DNA of 64,000 nucleotides, taken from positions 224,001 to 288,000 of the forward strand of contig CAWBZI010000005.1 of NCBI GenBank assembly GCA_963793265.1, in the 5' to 3' direction. A program made the position numbers and the translations under genes. Below the pieces are notes generated by a model. The model was given only the letters and a program-made list of their open reading frames with translations, had not been told where the DNA came from and did no database searches. Shown piece after piece: positions 60,043 to 64,000 of the stretch (the stretch's first letter is position 1; each line of letters starts with the position of its first letter). This stretch comes from an uncultured cyanobacterium (GTDB lineage: Bacteria; Cyanobacteriota; Cyanobacteriia; Phormidesmidales; Phormidesmidaceae).

Positions 60043-61539
60043 ATGAGTGCGATCGCTCTAACAACCGCGCTATGCTTACCCACGCTCGATCTCGAAGCGC
60101 TCTTACAAGGTCGCACCATTGCGGCCATTTCTAACAGCTTTCGCAATCCATCCCAATTTCTACTGTGTCCCGTAGATACCTCTCTAGAGACATCACGGCT
60201 CGAAAATCGCTATCATCCCGACTTTCTCAAGAGTATCAACCTTAATCAAAGTCTCTACAATATCGACAGCGTTACTATTCAAGCCTGGGCTAGGTGCAAA
60301 ACCTGTCGCATTTTTGGCGAAAAAGACAATCTAGCGGCTCTCTCATCACTCACGGCCTGGTCTGTCGAATATCTTCATGAGCTAGTGCAAGAGAGGCACA
60401 AAATATTTGTTCTCTTCTTACAAATCCATCGCTTTGCCCAGCCTATCGATCTGGCAATGAGCCGACTAAGCGAAGATAATATTGGCAGCTATATTGACGT
60501 GCCAGGCTCTTGGTCAGATCAGGGGGCACTCGCGCTTTTACCAGATGAAGACTTTGCCAAGCGTCAAAAGCAACTGATCAAACTATCGCCGCCAATACAT
60601 CCCGAATTACATAGCCTACAAACGGCATTGGTTGCGCTAAGACAAAACAGTTTAGGCGCGATGGCCCTAGATAGAGACTTACGCTATCTTTTGGGCTGGT
60701 CGCGGGCAGAAGAGACGCAACTGTATGACTCTGATCTTTCGTGGATTCAACGAATAGCGCAGTCGGGCGATACGGATACCGCAGCAGAGTTCAAACGCTT
60801 AGTGTTCAAAAGCTGGATCAAGCTAGGCTTTAGTAATGCTGACGGAGCCTTGAGCATAGAAGATAGTAAGGCAGAAGATAGCGACTTGGATGTATGCTGT
60901 GATGTTCCTTTTGCACTCATCGGGAAGTGTCAGGCTGACCGCCGGGGCGTCGTCGCAAAGTCAGTAATTGAACAGATAATGAAATCGGGCGAGCTGTCTT
61001 TTAGACCTGACGCATTTGAGCAGTCAATTAAAGTGATTTTTACAGCAGGCCCTTTAACCGAGCTTGCTCAGCACTCTGCTAGGGAAAATAAAGTGAACGT
61101 GATGCATCCTGAAACTTTGCAACGACTGACCGAGATGAAGGCACGCTATCCGGGCTCAATTGATTTGCTCAAGCTTAAAGCTTGCTTGCAAAGAGCGCCT
61201 TATGGAGAGGCGGCTGATGAGAAAATAGGTCAATTTATTGAAGAAACTTTTATTCAGCTAAAGATTCGCTCAGCCGTGATTGAGGCGGTGAAACTCTCCT
61301 TAGAAAATGCGGATCAAGAGAGCGTTGGCATAGATTCTGTTTGCGCCGCCTACGCAGCGTTGGCCTCGTTTGGGTTGCCTAGTCTATCGATGGGCGACGT
61401 GCAGGACGTTCTGATTGAGCTGTCTTCACCCGTTGCGGGCTACTTAGGTAAGACTCATGCTGCTGATGGCAGAGAGTTATTTTATTTTCTGAGGGAGCTG
61501 TACGTTGAAGACAATAGCCCCAGCATGGTGATTGGCTGA
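60043..61539 (+). CDS. DUF1802-family protein with a C-terminal restriction-endonuclease-like domain (degenerate active site)
   Basis: N-terminal TALCLP..DLEALLQGRTIAA and IQAWARC; C-terminal LIELSSPVAGYLG...FYFLR. Confidence 0.7.
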   Translation: MSAIALTTALCLPTLDLEALLQGRTIAAISNSFRNPSQFLLCPVDTSLETSRLENRYHPDFLKSINLNQSLYNIDSVTIQAWARCKTCRIFGEKDNLAALSSLTAWSVEYLHELVQERHKIFVLFLQIHRFAQPIDLAMSRLSEDNIGSYIDVPGSWSDQGALALLPDEDFAKRQKQLIKLSPPIHPELHSLQTALVALRQNSLGAMALDRDLRYLLGWSRAEETQLYDSDLSWIQRIAQSGDTDTAAEFKRLVFKSWIKLGFSNADGALSIEDSKAEDSDLDVCCDVPFALIGKCQADRRGVVAKSVIEQIMKSGELSFRPDAFEQSIKVIFTAGPLTELAQHSARENKVNVMHPETLQRLTEMKARYPGSIDLLKLKACLQRAPYGEAADEKIGQFIEETFIQLKIRSAVIEAVKLSLENADQESVGIDSVCAAYAALASFGLPSLSMGDVQDVLIELSSPVAGYLGKTHAADGRELFYFLRELYVEDNSPSMVIG

Positions 61540-61627
61540 CTCTCAAATTAATCTCAACCTGTAGACAGAAGTTAGCGCGACTAAGCGATCGCTATGTTTT
61601 GGGTGAGCGTAGGTTAGGAGAAGCATC

Positions 61628-61935
61628 ATGAAAGTGGCTTTAGTCACAGGTGGCTCAAAAGGTATTGGGCGGGCGATCGCATCCCGATTCGCCCAAGAGA
61701 ACTATAAGGAAAAGATTTAGCCGATCAGAAAGCTCGCTATCAGCAGTTAGATCAAACGCTATCGATGCCTTTTATTGAAAAGCCTGAAGATGTTGCTAAC
61801 GCAGTGTGGAGCGCCATAGAAAACAATGAGGGCGAGCACATTTTAGGAAGTGCAAAGCTGATGAGTGGGCTACACGCTATAGTCCCTAGTTTGACTCAGC
61901 GAATGGTGCGAATGATCTTTAAAAACAAGGATTAG
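61628..61935 (+). pseudogene. SDR oxidoreductase with a large internal deletion
   Basis: AGGAG RBS plus MKVALVTGGSKGIGRAIASRFAQEDY, stop at 61720. A different frame then gives the SDR C-terminus GKDLADQKAR...EKPEDVANAVWSAI...FKNKD* (61935). The catalytic YxxxK region is absent. Confidence 0.85.
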
Positions 61936-62020
61936 AAGAGAATCACCATACACTAGAAAAGAGAATGTACAAGTAGATCGTTGTCTATAGGAGACAACAG
62001 TCTCTTTATTAAGGTGACTG

Positions 62021-62200
62021 CTAAGGTGACTGCTCGCGTAGCCTTTCAACTCGGCTCAGCCGCCGCTGAATATCTTCATCGAGAGACGTTTGATGATCCC
62101 AGTAGTAGGCTAGCGCTGAGTAGATTTTACCTAGAGCGATGTGAGGATATTGGAAGTGAAGTTCTTCAGTGTGAGCTGCTGCAGTGACTATTAAGCGAAT
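62021..62200 (-). pseudogene. DUF433 antitoxin remnant (C-terminal half only)
   Basis: EELHFQYPHIALGKIYSALAYYWDHQ..LDEDI matches the DUF433 C-terminus; the N-terminal part is missing. Confidence 0.75.
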
Positions 62201-62226
62201 ATAGAGGCTGCAAGACAAGGAACAAA

Positions 62227-63186
62227 ATGGCTAAATCTCATAAGCTCGAAGCAACGATAGATCAGCTAAAAGAGTTTCAGCGATTAGAAATGCTAAGCGA
62301 AGAGAATGTATTCACGCTGCAAAAGATCGTGCGAGGAAAACAATCGATTGCGATCGCACTAGCAACAGAACTTATCATCCATCACAATCTCTCACAGCTC
62401 ATACCAGATCTAATAGAAACATTTGAGAGATTACTAGAGAACGGTAGCTCAACCGATCCAAGCTGTAAGGCAAAGTGGGCGATCGCTAACACCCTCTACA
62501 CTCTAGAAAGGCCAGACGCAGACCTGTTCCTTTCTGGCATTCATCATATTCAGCAAGAACCCGTTTGGGGCGGCTCACAAGATACCGCGCCATCGTTACG
62601 CAGCCTATGTGCTTTGGGCCTAGTGCAGGCAAACTATCCTGACGTGCTTAACGAACTTGCAGATTTGCTTGCAGATGATGAGTACGACGCGAGAGCAGGA
62701 GCCGCTAGGGCAATTGGCTATAGTCAAAATCCGGCAGGCATTCCGCTATTGAGACTAAAAGTGCACATAGGTGACCCAGAACCTGTTGTTTTATCAGAGT
62801 GCTTTGTTGCGCTGTTACAGCTTTCGAGCAAGCAGACTCCGATGGTAATTAGTGCGCTGAGTAGCGGGAGTGAGACTGTGCAGGAGTTGGCGGCGATCGC
62901 CTTGGCAGAAGCCAGGGTGCCTGAAGCGTTTACCGCAATTAAACAACAGTGGCAGCGAACGCGCGATCAGAACTTGAGACAGAGCTTTTTATTAGCGATC
63001 GCAACTCTAAGAACCGACGAGGCGATCACCTTCCTCACCTCACTCATAGAGCGTGGCAACCTCCAAGAAGCCAAAGACGCCATCATCGCATTAGACATTT
63101 ACCGCCACACCCCAAACGTGTGGCAACGTGTCACTAAAACAGCTCAATTACGCGGCGATACTGATCTTATTACCCTGCTGGGCTAA
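62227..63186 (+). CDS. HEAT repeat protein
   Basis: LADLLADDEYDARAGAARAIG and VQELAAIALAE repeats; AAGGA RBS. Confidence 0.82.
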   Translation: MAKSHKLEATIDQLKEFQRLEMLSEENVFTLQKIVRGKQSIAIALATELIIHHNLSQLIPDLIETFERLLENGSSTDPSCKAKWAIANTLYTLERPDADLFLSGIHHIQQEPVWGGSQDTAPSLRSLCALGLVQANYPDVLNELADLLADDEYDARAGAARAIGYSQNPAGIPLLRLKVHIGDPEPVVLSECFVALLQLSSKQTPMVISALSSGSETVQELAAIALAEARVPEAFTAIKQQWQRTRDQNLRQSFLLAIATLRTDEAITFLTSLIERGNLQEAKDAIIALDIYRHTPNVWQRVTKTAQLRGDTDLITLLG

Positions 63187-63366
63187 ACCCTTCACCGGCT
63201 CCAAACTCCGTATATGCTTCGGTTCTCTTCATGCCAAAAGCTATAGAGAGCAGTGATTTCGCCCATAAGCGCGCATCGGCTTCTCTAAGTCAGGTGGGAA
63301 ATCTTGTATAAAAGGTGACATACAAACCTTTCTTGATACCTAATCTACCGATACTTAGAGACACTT

Positions 63367-63780
63367 ATGAAAGGCTTCAAGCTCTCCGCTTTGATAGGTG
63401 CCATTGCCTGCGTATTCCCAACCGCAGCGATCGCCCAAACCACCCCTTCCGATAGCGCCTACCTCAACGACCTGTACAGCTACCTAGAAGGCGCAGACTC
63501 CATCACCTACACCATGGCCACTCAGGCAATGACGCCCGAAGACAGCGTGTGGGCCGCTCAAATGTTCTGCCAAACCTTCGACTCCGGCGTAGCCCCCGCA
63601 GATGCTTACTCTGTATATACGAACGCTGCTGTGGGCCAGGCTTCTACCTACGGCTCCAACTTTACTGAAGAAGTTGCTTACGCAGTCGGTCTATACGGCG
63701 AAGCTGTGATGAACATGGGCGCAACTCATTACTGCCCCCAGTACAAGGCTCAGGTAGAGCGAGCTTTAAGCGCTCTGTAG
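63367..63780 (+). CDS. Exported DUF732-like protein
   Basis: Signal peptide (AIA/Q), D..YL..L, AQMFC, C-terminal ATHYCPQY. Confidence 0.7.
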   Translation: MKGFKLSALIGAIACVFPTAAIAQTTPSDSAYLNDLYSYLEGADSITYTMATQAMTPEDSVWAAQMFCQTFDSGVAPADAYSVYTNAAVGQASTYGSNFTEEVAYAVGLYGEAVMNMGATHYCPQYKAQVERALSAL

Positions 63781-63861
63781 TCAGAATAATAAGAAGTCAG
63801 AGCAACGACAAGTCAAGATAATAAGAGACGCTTACAGCCTCAAAAGATAGCTGAGTAGAAC

Positions 63862-63914
63862 AACAGGTTATTGTCCCCACGTACTGAGCAACCAGGACAA
63901 TAGCCTGTTTTTTT
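63862..63914 (+). terminator. Intrinsic terminator
   Basis: AACAGGTTATTGTCC...GGACAATAGCCTGTT followed by TTTTT. Confidence 0.75.
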
Positions 63915-64000
63915 GTCTTTTAAACAGCAGTCTTTAGCCGAGCGTTTTGGAGAGTGCTGTTTTCTTTACGGACGCTAAACTGCCAGGCACTAGAGAACAT

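Larger units (their letters stand above)
1..64000. repeat. HIP1 octamer (GCGATCGC) dispersed through the window
   Basis: Dozens of copies visible, e.g. near 366, 1930, 5970, 7066, 48867, 61673. Hallmark of many cyanobacterial genomes. Not counted exhaustively. Confidence 0.95.

Noticed and set aside
1..64000. CRISPR arrays, IS elements, prophage, rRNA
   Set aside because: No repeat-spacer arrays, transposase/integrase or phage structural ORFs, or rRNA-like sequence found by eye.

Overview
Chromosomal window from a cyanobacterium, judged from dense HIP1 (GCGATCGC) octamers and cyanobacteria-specific gene families. It is probably a Leptolyngbya/Nodosilinea/Synechococcus PCC 7335-like lineage, which is inference only. 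From left to right it contains: the rimP-nusA-ylxR-infB operon with its leader attenuator; tRNA-Arg(ACG); moaC and lipA; a decayed MNT-HEPN toxin-antitoxin pair next to an orphan Pepco-like gene; a non-coding cluster of cyanobacterial DnaA boxes (22.75-22.95 kb) with no dnaA/dnaN in the window; an unusually long RecJ ending in a coiled coil and a HEPN-like RxxxxH domain; a VIT/vWA PEP-CTERM membrane protein; a LOV hybrid histidine kinase with two receiver proteins; mntCAB with ManR-type repeats, followed by bioA; an approximately 11.5 kb iron-stress island (GCS2 ligase, dps, IdiC-like 2Fe-2S protein, IdiB-like Crp regulator, futA, two tandem fur paralogues, a TonB-like protein, futB) rich in Fur-box-like sites; hpt; a dynamin-like gene pair; a DUF1802 protein with an apparently dead nuclease domain; and two pseudogenes. 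The best candidates for something new are an unannotated, apparently Fur-controlled sRNA of about 125 nt between futA and fur, the RecJ-HEPN fusion, and the orphan DnaA-box cluster. All family calls come from motif recognition by eye; no database searches were run.
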